A stretch of DNA of 64,000 nt, taken from assembly GCA_965223905.1 (NCBI GenBank), contig CBDCXV010000001.1, forward strand, positions 1,440,001 through 1,504,000, given 5' to 3'. A model generated the notes under the pieces. It had not been told where the DNA came from. It searched no databases and saw nothing but the letters and a program-made list of their open reading frames with translations. Position 1 is the first letter of the stretch. The number at the start of each line of letters is the position of its first letter. Below, piece by piece: positions 29,259-39,337 of the stretch. A program made the position numbers and the translations under genes. Source of the DNA: Candidatus Latescibacterota bacterium. GTDB taxonomy: Bacteria > Latescibacterota > UBA2968 > UBA8231.

Positions 29259-29825
29259 GATTCCTCCTGTTACCGATTCGGCGCAGTTGTTACGTGAAAT
29301 GCCCGGGTGCAGCCGCTGATCGCGGCCGCCACGGCTACCTGCAACCCGGCGTCGCGCCGCGGGGGTCATACATGGCGCCAGGGATGACTGGTAAGGTCGA
29401 TGGCCTGATGCCGGCAAAAAGTCGCTTGTCAAAACGCCGCTTGTGTGGTGACGTGGCGAGGGCTTGGCGGATGAAGCTGCTCGATGCCTGGCGATGAGTA
29501 CGTGACGAGGCCATTACCCGTGCGTAGCACGCGCGGGAAGATACTCAACTGCGGGGTACGGCATGGACGAACAGTGCAAAGGGGGGTTGACGGTGAAGAA
29601 CGTGGGGGAAGGCAAGTGAACAGAACAGTTAACGCTACCATCCGCACTGGGAAAAGTCAAGCTGCCACGGCCGGAAATCGCGCCCCATGGTCAGCCGACG
29701 ACGGCGCCGTTTTACCAAATGACTCGCCATGACTCGCCGCGGAAACCGGCCATTCGCTCCGGGCCTGCTTGTCCAGTCCCGGCGGCCCGGATACCTTCTG
29801 CCGTTCGCACCGAACGGAGTTGATC

Positions 29826-31010
29826 ATGGCTCGAACCGCAGGCATCGGGGTAATAGGAATGGGGTGGATGGGCCAGGTCCACAGCCGCTCCTACCGCACT
29901 GTCGCCGACCGCTTCTGGGACAGCGAGCTGCAGCCCCGGCTGGTGGTCTGCGCCGACGATGTCGAGAGCCGCGCCCGCGAGGCGCAGCAGCGCTTCGGCT
30001 TCGCCGGCAGCACCACCGACTGGCGGGAGGTGGTCGACGATCCCGCGGTCGCCGTCGTCAACATCGCCACTCCGAACGACCGCCACCTCGAAATCGTCGA
30101 AGCCTGCGCCGCGTCGGGAAAGCATCTCTTCTGCGAGAAACCGGTGGGGGGCGGCCCCCGGGAGACCGCCCGCATCGAGGCGGCCGCCAGGGAGGCGGGA
30201 GTGCTGACCTTCGTCGGCTACAACTACCGCTGGGCGCCGCTGGTGCAGCACTCCCGCCGGCTCATCCGCGACGGCAGGCTCGGCGAACTCACCCACTACC
30301 GCGGCCGTTTCCTCGTGGGCTACGCCAGCAACCCGGACGCCGTCCTCTCCTGGCGTTTCCAGCAGGAGCGTGCCGGCCTCGGGGCCCTCGGGGACCTGAT
30401 GTCGCACGTCATCGACATGGCGCACTCGCTGGCCGGGCCGATCGACCGCGTCGTCGGCAACCGCGCCACCTTCATCGGCGAGCGCCCGTTGGCAGAGGCG
30501 GGGGAAGGCACCCACTTCTCGGTGCGCAGCGGCGGCCCCAGAGGGAAGGTGACCAACGAAGACTACGCCGGGGCCCTGGTGCGTTTCGCCAACGGCGCCC
30601 AGGGCAGCTTCGAGGTCGACCGCATCATCAGCGGTCTCAAGTGCCAGATGGCATTCGAGGTGCACGGGACGAAGGGGGCGATTCGCTGGGACTTCGAGCG
30701 CATGAACGAGCTGCAGGTCTACCTGCCGGAAGAGAACGGCGCCCACGACGGTTTCGTCACCATCGCCAGCGGCCCGGAGCACCCCTCCCACCTGCGCTTC
30801 ACACCGGGACCGGCCCTCGGTCTGGGGTACGACGACCTGAAGGCGATCGAGGCCGCCAGGTTCCTCGACAGCATCGCCGCCGGCAGGCAGGGCGAACCCG
30901 GTTTTGGCGAGGCCCTCGCCGTCGCCGAGGTTCAGGACGCCATCGCCCGTTCCTGGGAGAGCGAAAGCTGGGAACCGGTGCGCGGGATCGGCGGACAAGC
31001 GAGCCAGTGA
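29826..31010 (+). CDS. Gfo/Idh/MocA oxidoreductase (IolG-like cyclitol dehydrogenase)
   Basis: [32 protein letters not shown]. Lies upstream of iolD. Confidence 0.85.
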   Translation: MARTAGIGVIGMGWMGQVHSRSYRTVADRFWDSELQPRLVVCADDVESRAREAQQRFGFAGSTTDWREVVDDPAVAVVNIATPNDRHLEIVEACAASGKHLFCEKPVGGGPRETARIEAAAREAGVLTFVGYNYRWAPLVQHSRRLIRDGRLGELTHYRGRFLVGYASNPDAVLSWRFQQERAGLGALGDLMSHVIDMAHSLAGPIDRVVGNRATFIGERPLAEAGEGTHFSVRSGGPRGKVTNEDYAGALVRFANGAQGSFEVDRIISGLKCQMAFEVHGTKGAIRWDFERMNELQVYLPEENGAHDGFVTIASGPEHPSHLRFTPGPALGLGYDDLKAIEAARFLDSIAAGRQGEPGFGEALAVAEVQDAIARSWESESWEPVRGIGGQASQ

Positions 31011-31044
31011 CCCGGCATGAAGCCAGCGACCAGGCCCTCAGCGA

Positions 31045-31250
31045 GCACGGCGAGCCATGGAATTGATTCACCGCGAGCTATGAAATTGACGCACAGCGCG
31101 CCGATGCCCCCGGCTCCACATCCAACCCGGCAGGCTCGCGAGCCCAGGCGAGCACGGCGAGCCATGTAATTGACGCACGGCGAGCCATGTAATTGACGCA
31201 CGGCGAGCCGGGTAATCGACGCACGGGGAGCAGATGAATGTCGCACGGAG
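31045..31250 (+). repeat. 23-bp tandem repeat (GCACGGCGAGCCATGTAATTGAC) in two blocks
   Basis: Units start at 31045, 31068, (31091 partial) and at 31152, 31175, 31198, 31221, (31243 partial). No spacers between units. Confidence 0.85.
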
Positions 31251-31257
31251 AAATGCC

Positions 31258-33153
31258 ATGAGCATCCACGATCGCGAGACCACGCGCCTGACCATGGCGC
31301 AGGCCCTCGTCGAATACCTGAAAGTCCAGTACAGCGAGCGGGACGGGGAGCGCCGCCGCCTCATCCCGGCCCTGTTCGGGATCTTCGGGCACGGCAACGT
31401 CGCCGGCATCGGCCAGGCGCTCGAGGAGTGCGGCGGCACCGGGCTTCCCTACTACCAGCCCTGCAACGAGCAGTCGATGGTGCACACGGCGTCGGGGTAC
31501 GCCAAGGCCAACCGGCGCCTGGCGACCCTGGCCTGCACCTCCTCCATCGGCCCGGGGGCCACCAACATGGTATCCGGGGCGGCGACGGCTACCATCAACA
31601 GGCTGCCGGTGCTGCTGCTGCCGTCGGACTACTACGCCACCCGCCACCAGGGGACGGTTCTGCAGGAGCTCGAGAACCCGGCCGCCGCCGACGTCAGCGT
31701 CAACGACTGCTTCCGCCCGGTGAGCCGCTTCTTCGACCGCATCACGCGGCCCGAGCAGCTGCTGACCGCGCTTCCCGAGGCGATGCGCGTCCTCCTCGAC
31801 CCGGCCGAGACCGGCGCCGTCACCCTGTCGCTGCCCCAGGACGTCCAGTCGCACGCCTGGGACTACCCTGTCCGCTTCTTCGAGGAGCGCACCTGGAGCG
31901 TCGACCGCCGGCCCCCGGAGTCGCGGCGGATCGCCGAGGCGGTGGAGATGATCAGGGCGGCCCGACGGCCGGCGATCATCGCAGGGGGCGGGGTACACTA
32001 CTCCGACGCCTCCAGGGAGCTGCGGGAGTTCGCCGGGCAGACCGGCATGGCGGTCGGAGAGACCCTGGCCGGCCGCGGCGCCATGGCCGCAGAATCCGAG
32101 CTCTGCCTGCACTCGTTCGGCATCAGCGGCAACCCCGCGGCGTACCGGATCATCAGCCAGTCCGACCTCGTCATCTGCGCCGGCACCCGGCTGAGCGACT
32201 TCGCCACGGGTTCGCAGGCCGCCTTCCACCATCCGGAGGTGAAGTTCATCGGCATCAACGTCGCCGGGCGCGACGCCTGCAAGCAGGGAGCCCTGCCGCT
32301 CGTCGCCGACGCCCGCGAGGCGCTGCGCGCCCTTTCGAAGGCCTGCGCCGAAGGCGGCATCAGGCCGGACGCCGCGTACGTCGAGGAGATCGCCACGGCG
32401 AGGGAGACCTGGCGGAAACAGAAGGAGAAGGAGATCTACACGCAGGCTCCCGGCGAGGCGATGAGCCAGGGCCACCTGATCGGCATCCTCAACGAAGAGG
32501 CGAAGCCGGGAGACACGGTGATCTCGGCCGCGGGCAACCAGCCCGGCGACCTGCACAAGCTCTGGGATACCTCGGGCGGCCGGCACTGCCACCTCGAGTT
32601 CGGCTATTCCTGCATGGGGTACGAGATCCCGGCCGGCATCGGGGTGCGCATGGCGCAGCCGCAGGGAGAGGTGTACGTCTTCGTCGGCGACGGCACCTAC
32701 CTGATGTGCCCGACAGAGATCGTCACCGCGGTCCAGGAAGGGCTGAAGATCACGGTGATCGTCTCGGACAACCACGGGTACCAGTGCATCAGGGGGCTGC
32801 AGCTGGCGACGACGGGGCGGGATTTCGGCAACGAGTTCCGCGCCCGCGACCCGCAGTCGAGGCGCCTGTCGGGCGACTACCTCGACATCGATTTCGCCGG
32901 CAACGGCGCCAGCATGGGGGCGCGCTCCTGGCACGTCGAGACAGAGGAGGAACTGCGCGCCGCTCTCAGGGAGGCGCGCGGCGAAACCCGTCCCTGCGTC
33001 ATCGTCGCCGAGATCGAGAAGCACCGGTTCCCGCCCCCTTCCGGCATGTGGTGGGACGTCGAGGTCGCCGAGGTGAGCTCCAACCCCGAAGCGCGGGACC
33101 TGCGGGCGGCGTACGAGCGCGACCGCCGCAGGCAGCAGAGGTTTCACTACTGA
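31258..33153 (+). CDS. iolD: 3D-(3,5/4)-trihydroxycyclohexane-1,2-dione acylhydrolase (ThDP-dependent)
   Basis: RLTMAQAL, GIFGHGNVAG.GQAL, NEQ.M.H, TSSIGPGATNMV, HLEFGYSCMGYEI, VGDGTYLM, WWDVEVAEVS. Confidence 0.95.
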   Translation: MSIHDRETTRLTMAQALVEYLKVQYSERDGERRRLIPALFGIFGHGNVAGIGQALEECGGTGLPYYQPCNEQSMVHTASGYAKANRRLATLACTSSIGPGATNMVSGAATATINRLPVLLLPSDYYATRHQGTVLQELENPAAADVSVNDCFRPVSRFFDRITRPEQLLTALPEAMRVLLDPAETGAVTLSLPQDVQSHAWDYPVRFFEERTWSVDRRPPESRRIAEAVEMIRAARRPAIIAGGGVHYSDASRELREFAGQTGMAVGETLAGRGAMAAESELCLHSFGISGNPAAYRIISQSDLVICAGTRLSDFATGSQAAFHHPEVKFIGINVAGRDACKQGALPLVADAREALRALSKACAEGGIRPDAAYVEEIATARETWRKQKEKEIYTQAPGEAMSQGHLIGILNEEAKPGDTVISAAGNQPGDLHKLWDTSGGRHCHLEFGYSCMGYEIPAGIGVRMAQPQGEVYVFVGDGTYLMCPTEIVTAVQEGLKITVIVSDNHGYQCIRGLQLATTGRDFGNEFRARDPQSRRLSGDYLDIDFAGNGASMGARSWHVETEEELRAALREARGETRPCVIVAEIEKHRFPPPSGMWWDVEVAEVSSNPEARDLRAAYERDRRRQQRFHY

Positions 33154-33155
33154 CC

Positions 33156-33929
33156 ATGATCGCCAACCCTGTAAAAGAGGCCTGGAACCGGGGCGAGCCG
33201 GCGGCCGGGTTCAACGTCTTCGAATCGCTGCGCCCCTCGGTCGCCAAGATCGCGGCGCGTGCAGGTTTCGACTTCGTCATGGTCGACACCGAGCACGTGG
33301 TCCACAACGAGGAGACCCTCACCAACTTCCTCGTCATCGCCCGCGACAACGGGCTCGCCCCCTGGGTGACGGTGGTGGCCCCCGAACGCGCCCTGGTGTC
33401 GCGCATGCTCGACGCCGGCGCCCTCGGCATCGTGCTGTCGCACGCCGACACCGCCGAACAGGTGGAGGAGCTGGTGCGCTGGTGCAAGTACGCCCCCGCG
33501 GGGGAACGCGGCCTGGCGCTGGGGGCCAACGCCGGCTACGACAGCAGCGACGTCGCCGCCTACTGCGAGGCGGCCAACGAGGCGGTGCTGGTGATCCCCA
33601 AGATCGAGTCCGCCCGCGCCGTGGAGAACATCGACAGCATCCTCGCCGTCGACCTGGTGGACGGGATCGTCTTCGGCCCGGGGGACCTGGCGGCGAAAAT
33701 GGGGCTGCACGGGCAGTGGGAGCACCCCGAGGTGCTCGCCGCCATGGAGAAGGTGATCGCCGCGGCACTCGCGCGCGGCCTTGCGGTCGAGCCGGCCATC
33801 ATGCCGAAGGACCGGGCCGCGTACGGGCGCGAACGGGAGCGGGGCTGCCTGATCTTCGGCAGCACGAGACAGAGCGAGTACAACCTGCTGCAGGCCGCGG
33901 CGGACAAAGCAATGGAACCTTACAGATAG
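33156..33929 (+). CDS. HpcH/HpaI-family class II aldolase
   Basis: GFDF..VDTEH, LDAGA.GI, YAP.G.RG, IES..AV.NID.I, GPGDL. Confidence 0.88.
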   Translation: MIANPVKEAWNRGEPAAGFNVFESLRPSVAKIAARAGFDFVMVDTEHVVHNEETLTNFLVIARDNGLAPWVTVVAPERALVSRMLDAGALGIVLSHADTAEQVEELVRWCKYAPAGERGLALGANAGYDSSDVAAYCEAANEAVLVIPKIESARAVENIDSILAVDLVDGIVFGPGDLAAKMGLHGQWEHPEVLAAMEKVIAAALARGLAVEPAIMPKDRAAYGRERERGCLIFGSTRQSEYNLLQAAADKAMEPYR

Positions 33930-33947
33930 GAGCTCGTACATAACATC

Positions 33948-35201
33948 ATGCTGTTCAACCGCGAGCGCGCCTTCGAGTACATGGACCGCTGCGGCCTCGA
34001 CGCCCTGGTGGCGACGAGCCCGACCAACATCACCTACTTCAGCGACTACTACTGCTGGCTCGACAAGCTGTTCAAGGAGTACATGACCCGGCCCGGCGCC
34101 GGCATCGGGCTGACGCAGCAGTTCGCCCTCTTTCCGCGGCACGGGGAGCCGGCCCTAGTCCTGGTGCCGCTGCTGGCGGCCAACTCCCTCGATTCCTGGG
34201 TGCGGGACGTCCGTTCCGCGGGAGGGGGCGGCTTCGACGATGCGGCCCCGGCCGATCTCCCGCTCAGCGAGCGGCAGCAGTATTTCCTCGAGTTCGCGCG
34301 CGCTCTCGACCCGGGAGCCACCGCGGTCGGCTCCCTGGCGGAGGCGCTGGCCGACCGCGGCGTCGCCGACGGCCGCATCGGCATCGAGTGCGGCAACCTG
34401 CCTGCCGCCACCCTTGCGGAAATCCGCGAGAGCCTGCCGAAGGCGGATATCAGGGACTGCTCCAACCTCATCCTCCTCATCCGCATGGTGAAGGGCTCCG
34501 AGGAGCTCGAGCGCCTGCGCAGCGCCGGCCGCATCGGCGAGGAGGCGGCCACCCGGGTGCTGTCCGGGGCCCGTCCCGGAACGTCGACGCGGGAGATGGT
34601 TGCCGAATACCGCGCCCTGGTGGCGGGCGAAGGGGCCGATCTCGACCACTTCGCCATCTGCGTGCGCGGCCTCGGGCTCTCCACCGAACCGGACGTGACC
34701 CTGCTCGAGGACGACCTCCTCTACACCGACTACGGCTGCGTCTTCGACTACTACTGCTCCGACAGCGGCCAGACCCTGGCGATGCGCGAGCCGAGCGCGG
34801 AGAACCGCGCCCGCTACGAGGGGCTGCGGGACTCGGTAGCCGCCGGCGCCGAGGCGGCGCGCGCCGGTGCGCGGGCTTCGAGCGTCGCCGCGGCCATGAG
34901 CGGCCTGCTGGAGGGGCGCGGAATCACCGGTTCCTTTCCCCACGGCCACGGCATCGGCCTCGAGGTCCGCGACTACCCGATCCTGGTGCCCGACAACGGG
35001 CTGCGCATCCGCGACGACTGCGTCGACGAGCCCTCCGACCTGCCGCTGGAAGCCGGCATGGTGCTCTCCCTCGAGGCCGGCCTGTTCACCCCGGGGGCCT
35101 TCTCCTTCCAGGTCGAGTGCTCCTTCGTGGTCGCCGAGGGGGGCGGCGAGCCCCTGACCCCCCAGGACCGGACCGACCCGATCGTGGGGGTGCGGCCATG
35201 A
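33948..35201 (+). CDS. M24 family (Xaa-Pro peptidase/creatinase-fold) hydrolase
   Basis: N-terminal creatinase domain, R.VK..EE, D.G....Y.SD, HGHGIGL, LSLE.G, VE. Confidence 0.85.
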   Translation: MLFNRERAFEYMDRCGLDALVATSPTNITYFSDYYCWLDKLFKEYMTRPGAGIGLTQQFALFPRHGEPALVLVPLLAANSLDSWVRDVRSAGGGGFDDAAPADLPLSERQQYFLEFARALDPGATAVGSLAEALADRGVADGRIGIECGNLPAATLAEIRESLPKADIRDCSNLILLIRMVKGSEELERLRSAGRIGEEAATRVLSGARPGTSTREMVAEYRALVAGEGADLDHFAICVRGLGLSTEPDVTLLEDDLLYTDYGCVFDYYCSDSGQTLAMREPSAENRARYEGLRDSVAAGAEAARAGARASSVAAAMSGLLEGRGITGSFPHGHGIGLEVRDYPILVPDNGLRIRDDCVDEPSDLPLEAGMVLSLEAGLFTPGAFSFQVECSFVVAEGGGEPLTPQDRTDPIVGVRP

Positions 35202-37315
35202 ACCTGCCCGAGCTGTTCGGCAACCTGGCCCCTGGCGCCCTCGTCCGCATCGCCGGCGCCGGCTTTCGCGAAGGCATCCCGGCGCGCGACGCCGACGCCG
35301 GCTGGACCCTCGGGGTCGGCCGGCGTCCGGACGGGGACCTCATCGTCGTCGACTACCAGTGGCACCGCCTCTACCGCATCGCCGGCGACGGCATCCTGCA
35401 CAACTTCGCCGGCGACGGCATCCGCGGCCTGAGCGGCGACGGCGGCCCCGCGGAAGCGGCCCGCTTCAACAATCCCCACGACCTCGCCATCGACAGGCAG
35501 GGCAACCTCTACCTGTCCGACCTCGGCAACCAGGTCTACCGCCGCATCGACGCCGAAACCGGGATCGTCACCCGGGTCGCGGGCAGCGGCAAGGTCGGCC
35601 GCGGCGGGGACGGCGGACCGGCGGTGGACGCCGAGATGGACACCACCTGCGGCATCGCCGTCGCCGCCAACGGCGATCTCTACCTCTCGAGCGAGTGGGC
35701 GGACAACGTCCGCCGCGTCGACGCGAGAACCGGCATCATCGAGCGCTTCGCCGGCCTCGACGCGCGCCACTACCCCTCCGAGCAGGGGAACAGCCGGCCG
35801 GCCGGCGGCCCGGGAATCAGCCTCGGCGGCTACCACGGCGATGGGGGACCCGCCGCGGAAGCGGGCTTCCACCACCCGGAGCACCTCGCCATCGACTCGC
35901 AGGGGGACCTCTACGTCTGCGACAACTCCAACGACCGCATCCGCAGGATCGACATGAAGACCGGCGTCGTCACCACTGTCCTGGGAAACGGGCAGCGCGC
36001 TTCCAACGGCGACGGCGGCCCTGCGGTCGAAGCGAGCACCCTGATGCCGGACGCCATCTGCTTCGACGCCGGCGACAACCTCTACGTCGGCGAGAAGTAC
36101 GGTTTCCGCATCCGCAAGGTGGAGGCCGCCACAGGCATCGTCACGACCCTGGTCGGCAACGGCTGTCCCGGTTTCGGCGAGGAGGGGCTGCCCGGCACCG
36201 AGACGCACTGCAACTCCGTCGAGGCGGGGATCTGGGCCGATGCCGACGGCTCGGTCTACTGGGGGGACTGCTCGGGACGCACGCGCCGCTGCGACGGGGC
36301 CACCGGCATCGTCACCACCGTGCTCGGCGGCACCCACGTGCACGACGGCGAGGCCGCCACCGAGGGCTACATCAACGGCATAGCCGGCATCGACGTCGCC
36401 CCGGACGGGCGCATCTACCTCGCCGACGCCTGGAACCAGCGCATCCGCGTCGTCGAGCCGGCCACCGGCATCATCGGCACCGTGGCGGGGAACGGCGCCC
36501 GCGCCTACGGCGGCGACAACGGCCCGGCCACCGAGGCCTACCTCGGCAACCCGCACGACGTCTCCGTCGACCCGGAGGGCCGCGTCGTCATCGCCGACAC
36601 CCGCCACTCGCACGTCCGCCGCGTGGACCCCGACGGCGTCATCCGCGTCGTCGCCGGCACCGGCCAGGAGTGGGACAAGGGAGACGGCGCCCTCGCCGTC
36701 AGTGCCTGCTTCGTGCAGATCGCCTCGGTCGCCCACGGTCCGAACGGCGACCTCTACATCGGCGACGCGGTCGGCCGCATCCGCAGGGTCGACGCCGACA
36801 GCGGCATCATCACCACGGTGGCGGGGATCGGACTCCCCGGGTACTCCGGAGACGGCGGCGCCGCGGCCAAAGCCCGCATTCACCAGCCGGAGGCGCTCTG
36901 CTTCGGCCCGGACGGCGCCCTGTTCTTCGCCGACAGCAGGCGCCACGCGATCCGCAAGGTCGACGCGGACGGCGTCATCACCACGGTGGCCGGCTGCGGG
37001 GAACCTGGGTTCTCGCCCGACGGCACGCAGGCAACCGAAGCCCGCATCGACGGGCCTTCGGGCGTTGCAGTCGGCATCGACGGGAGCCTCTACTTCTCCG
37101 ACACGAACAACCACTGCGTGCGCCGCGTCGGCGCCGACGGCCGCCTGCGGACCGTGGCCGGCTTCGGCGGCGAGCCGGGGGAGTGCGCCGACGGCGAACA
37201 GGGGACCGCGGCGCGGCTCAACGAACCGAACGCCCTCTGCTTCTTCGATTCCCACATCCTGCTGATCAGCGATTTCGGCAACAACCGCGTCCGCGCGCTG
37301 CGGCTGCCGGACTGA
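35198..37315 (+). CDS. NHL-repeat beta-propeller protein (teneurin-like repeats)
   Basis: About 12 repeats of G.I.TVAG.G..G.SGDGGPA..A....P..+A.D..G.LY+.D..N..IR+. No signal peptide. Confidence 0.9.
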   Translation: MNLPELFGNLAPGALVRIAGAGFREGIPARDADAGWTLGVGRRPDGDLIVVDYQWHRLYRIAGDGILHNFAGDGIRGLSGDGGPAEAARFNNPHDLAIDRQGNLYLSDLGNQVYRRIDAETGIVTRVAGSGKVGRGGDGGPAVDAEMDTTCGIAVAANGDLYLSSEWADNVRRVDARTGIIERFAGLDARHYPSEQGNSRPAGGPGISLGGYHGDGGPAAEAGFHHPEHLAIDSQGDLYVCDNSNDRIRRIDMKTGVVTTVLGNGQRASNGDGGPAVEASTLMPDAICFDAGDNLYVGEKYGFRIRKVEAATGIVTTLVGNGCPGFGEEGLPGTETHCNSVEAGIWADADGSVYWGDCSGRTRRCDGATGIVTTVLGGTHVHDGEAATEGYINGIAGIDVAPDGRIYLADAWNQRIRVVEPATGIIGTVAGNGARAYGGDNGPATEAYLGNPHDVSVDPEGRVVIADTRHSHVRRVDPDGVIRVVAGTGQEWDKGDGALAVSACFVQIASVAHGPNGDLYIGDAVGRIRRVDADSGIITTVAGIGLPGYSGDGGAAAKARIHQPEALCFGPDGALFFADSRRHAIRKVDADGVITTVAGCGEPGFSPDGTQATEARIDGPSGVAVGIDGSLYFSDTNNHCVRRVGADGRLRTVAGFGGEPGECADGEQGTAARLNEPNALCFFDSHILLISDFGNNRVRALRLPD

Positions 37316-37334
37316 TGCGACCCGGGGCCGGGCC

Positions 37335-38351
37335 GTGAAGGCGCTGTCGATGCGGTCCCACAAGGCCGGGGATCTCGCCTTGGTCGAGGCGCCGCTCCCG
37401 GAGCCGGGACCCGGCCAGCTCCGCCTCGCGGTGCATGCCGTGGGCATCTGCGGTTCCGACGTCTCCGCGGCGCTGGCCAAGCCGAACTTCGACTGGGTGC
37501 CGCGGCCCCTGGTCCTCGGCCACGAGTTCTCGGGGGTGGTGGACGCCTCCGGCACCGGGGTGAGGGAGTGGGAGCGCGGGCAGCGGGTGAGCGCCCTGTC
37601 GGTCCAGGGGTGCGGCCGCTGCCCTCCGTGCCGAGCCGGCAACACCCAGCAGTGCCCGGACCGGTCCATACTGGGGTTGAGCATGCCGGGCGCCATGGCC
37701 GAGTACTGCCTCGTCGACGCCGCTTTCGCCGTGCCGCTACGCGACGGCCTCAGCCATCTCGAGGGCGCCCTGATCGAGCCGCTCGCGGTAGCCTGCCGCT
37801 GCGTGCGGAAGGGGTGCGAAGCCACCGCCGGGGATAGGGTGGTGGTCTCAGGCTGCGGCATCATCGGGCTGCTGTGCGCCCTCGTCGCCAGGGCCTGCGG
37901 GGCGGGGGTGACGGTCACCGGCATCGCCGCCGACGCCGAGGTGCGGCTGCGCAAGGCGCGGGACCTCTGCATGGCGACCGTTGTGGTGAGTGAGGCGGAG
38001 CCACTGGCGCGGCAGGTTCCCGAGCCGGTGGACATCCTGATCGAGGCCTCGGGCGCCCCCGGGGCCCTGGCCGCGGCTTCGGAGGCGGTCAGGCCGGGCG
38101 GCCTGATCGGGGTGGTCGCCACCTATCCGGGGTCCGTCCCCCTGCCGGCGACCGACCTCGTGCGCCGCGAGCAGCGCCTGCACACCTCCTTCGGATCGAC
38201 GCGGGAGGACTACGAGCAGGCGATGGCCCACCTCGCCGCCGGGGACATCCCCGTCGAGCAGCTGGTCGAGACCTTCCCCCTCGGAGAGGCGCTGGCCGCC
38301 TTCGAGGCATCGATCGCAAAGGCCACGACAAAGGCGGTCCTCATTCCCTGA
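37335..38351 (+). CDS. Zn-dependent alcohol dehydrogenase (MDR; sorbitol/threonine DH-like)
   Basis: GICGSD, LGHEFSG, CGRC..C..G....C, EPLAV, G.GIIGL. Confidence 0.9.
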   Translation: MKALSMRSHKAGDLALVEAPLPEPGPGQLRLAVHAVGICGSDVSAALAKPNFDWVPRPLVLGHEFSGVVDASGTGVREWERGQRVSALSVQGCGRCPPCRAGNTQQCPDRSILGLSMPGAMAEYCLVDAAFAVPLRDGLSHLEGALIEPLAVACRCVRKGCEATAGDRVVVSGCGIIGLLCALVARACGAGVTVTGIAADAEVRLRKARDLCMATVVVSEAEPLARQVPEPVDILIEASGAPGALAAASEAVRPGGLIGVVATYPGSVPLPATDLVRREQRLHTSFGSTREDYEQAMAHLAAGDIPVEQLVETFPLGEALAAFEASIAKATTKAVLIP

Positions 38352-38453
38352 GCCCCGGGGTGGGCCCGGATCTGACGGGGTCCGGGCCGGGTCACTTTGG
38401 AATGAATGATTTGGGGTTTCCATCTAATCGACTTTTGTGAGGAGTAAACGCTG

Positions 38454-38984
38454 GTGAAACGGCATTCCCTGATCCCCTTGTCTCTGTTGTTTCTTGCTGC
38501 CTGCGGTGGCGAAGACAACCCCGTGGCACCCGACGAGGATCTCGTCGGTTCTTGGGTATTCGACAGTACCGACATGGTCGACGTCATGTTAGCGGGTTTT
38601 GAGGAATCCCTGCGTGATGCGGGTGTTGACCAACGAGATACAAATCGCATTATCGCCGCCTTTCGCGCCGATTTCGAGGTAAGAATGGCAGGACTTCGAT
38701 CGATCATTCGATTCAACGCCGACGGATCCTTCGAGGACGATCAGGGTAACAGCGGGACTTGGAGAGTGGAAGGCAACACTTTGGTCACGGTCGAAGACGG
38801 CGATGAAGAACGAGTCAAGTATTTCGTCGATGGCAATGACCTCACCCTCATCTTTTCGTCCGAGATGTTGCTCGATGTTTTCCGCGAAGATGAAGATCTC
38901 ACTGATGAAGAGGTCGAAGCGCTAGAGGAGATTTTTCGTTTGGACGAGGGCATCAACATTCGATTTTTCTACATGCGCAGGTAA
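38454..38984 (+). CDS. Lipocalin-like lipoprotein
   Basis: Lipobox LAAC, LVGSW, F.ADG.F, GTW..EG..L. Confidence 0.65.
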   Translation: MKRHSLIPLSLLFLAACGGEDNPVAPDEDLVGSWVFDSTDMVDVMLAGFEESLRDAGVDQRDTNRIIAAFRADFEVRMAGLRSIIRFNADGSFEDDQGNSGTWRVEGNTLVTVEDGDEERVKYFVDGNDLTLIFSSEMLLDVFREDEDLTDEEVEALEEIFRLDEGINIRFFYMRR

Positions 38985-39017
38985 CCCAGCTTTGCAACCA
39001 AAAAACGGAGCGGAACC

Positions 39018-39200
39018 ATGAATGTCGCCGAAACCCGCGCTGTGCTGACAGGAAACGCGGTCGCCGTACCCACCACCGTCTGGAAGCGGCCGGGAGTGCT
39101 CGATCCGGAAAGCGAACGCCGGCAACGCCGAGTTCCTGTTCGCCAACGGCATCGCACGCGGCCGTGTACGCCGGCGGCGTCGGCGAGCACCGGCTGTCGG
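39018..39200 (+). pseudogene. 5' remnant of a dihydrodipicolinate-synthase-family gene
   Basis: Joining frames gives MNVAETRAVLTGNAVAVPTT...GVLDPE...NAEFLFANGI...VYAGGVGEH, like a DapA-family N-terminus. Frameshifted and truncated. Confidence 0.45.
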
Positions 39201-39337
39201 TCCCAGAAATTCCAGGGCTAGAAGAAGCGACGTGCCCATCCTTCGCGGGGGTAGTTCCACAGCTGGTGCAGGGTTCCTGATGGCCCAGGCAAGGCGCGCG
39301 AGCCTTCCCGATGGCAAATGTCCTTGCGCTCCCGGCT

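Noticed and set aside
29259-29825. Long divergent intergenic region as a possible riboswitch or ncRNA
   Set aside because: No recognisable conserved RNA motif or convincing stem set by eye; an Infernal/Rfam search would be needed.
31045-31250. Possible CRISPR array
   Set aside because: Units are head-to-tail without unique spacers, and there are no cas genes in the window.
15995-38122. Very long antisense or alternate-frame ORFs (15995-18229, 31078-33147, 34973-38122, and the 5' extensions of 16588-19452, 31428-33929, 34388-37315)
   Set aside because: These are shadow ORFs from high GC3 codon bias. They are Arg/Pro/Gly-rich or antisense to genes with clear family motifs.
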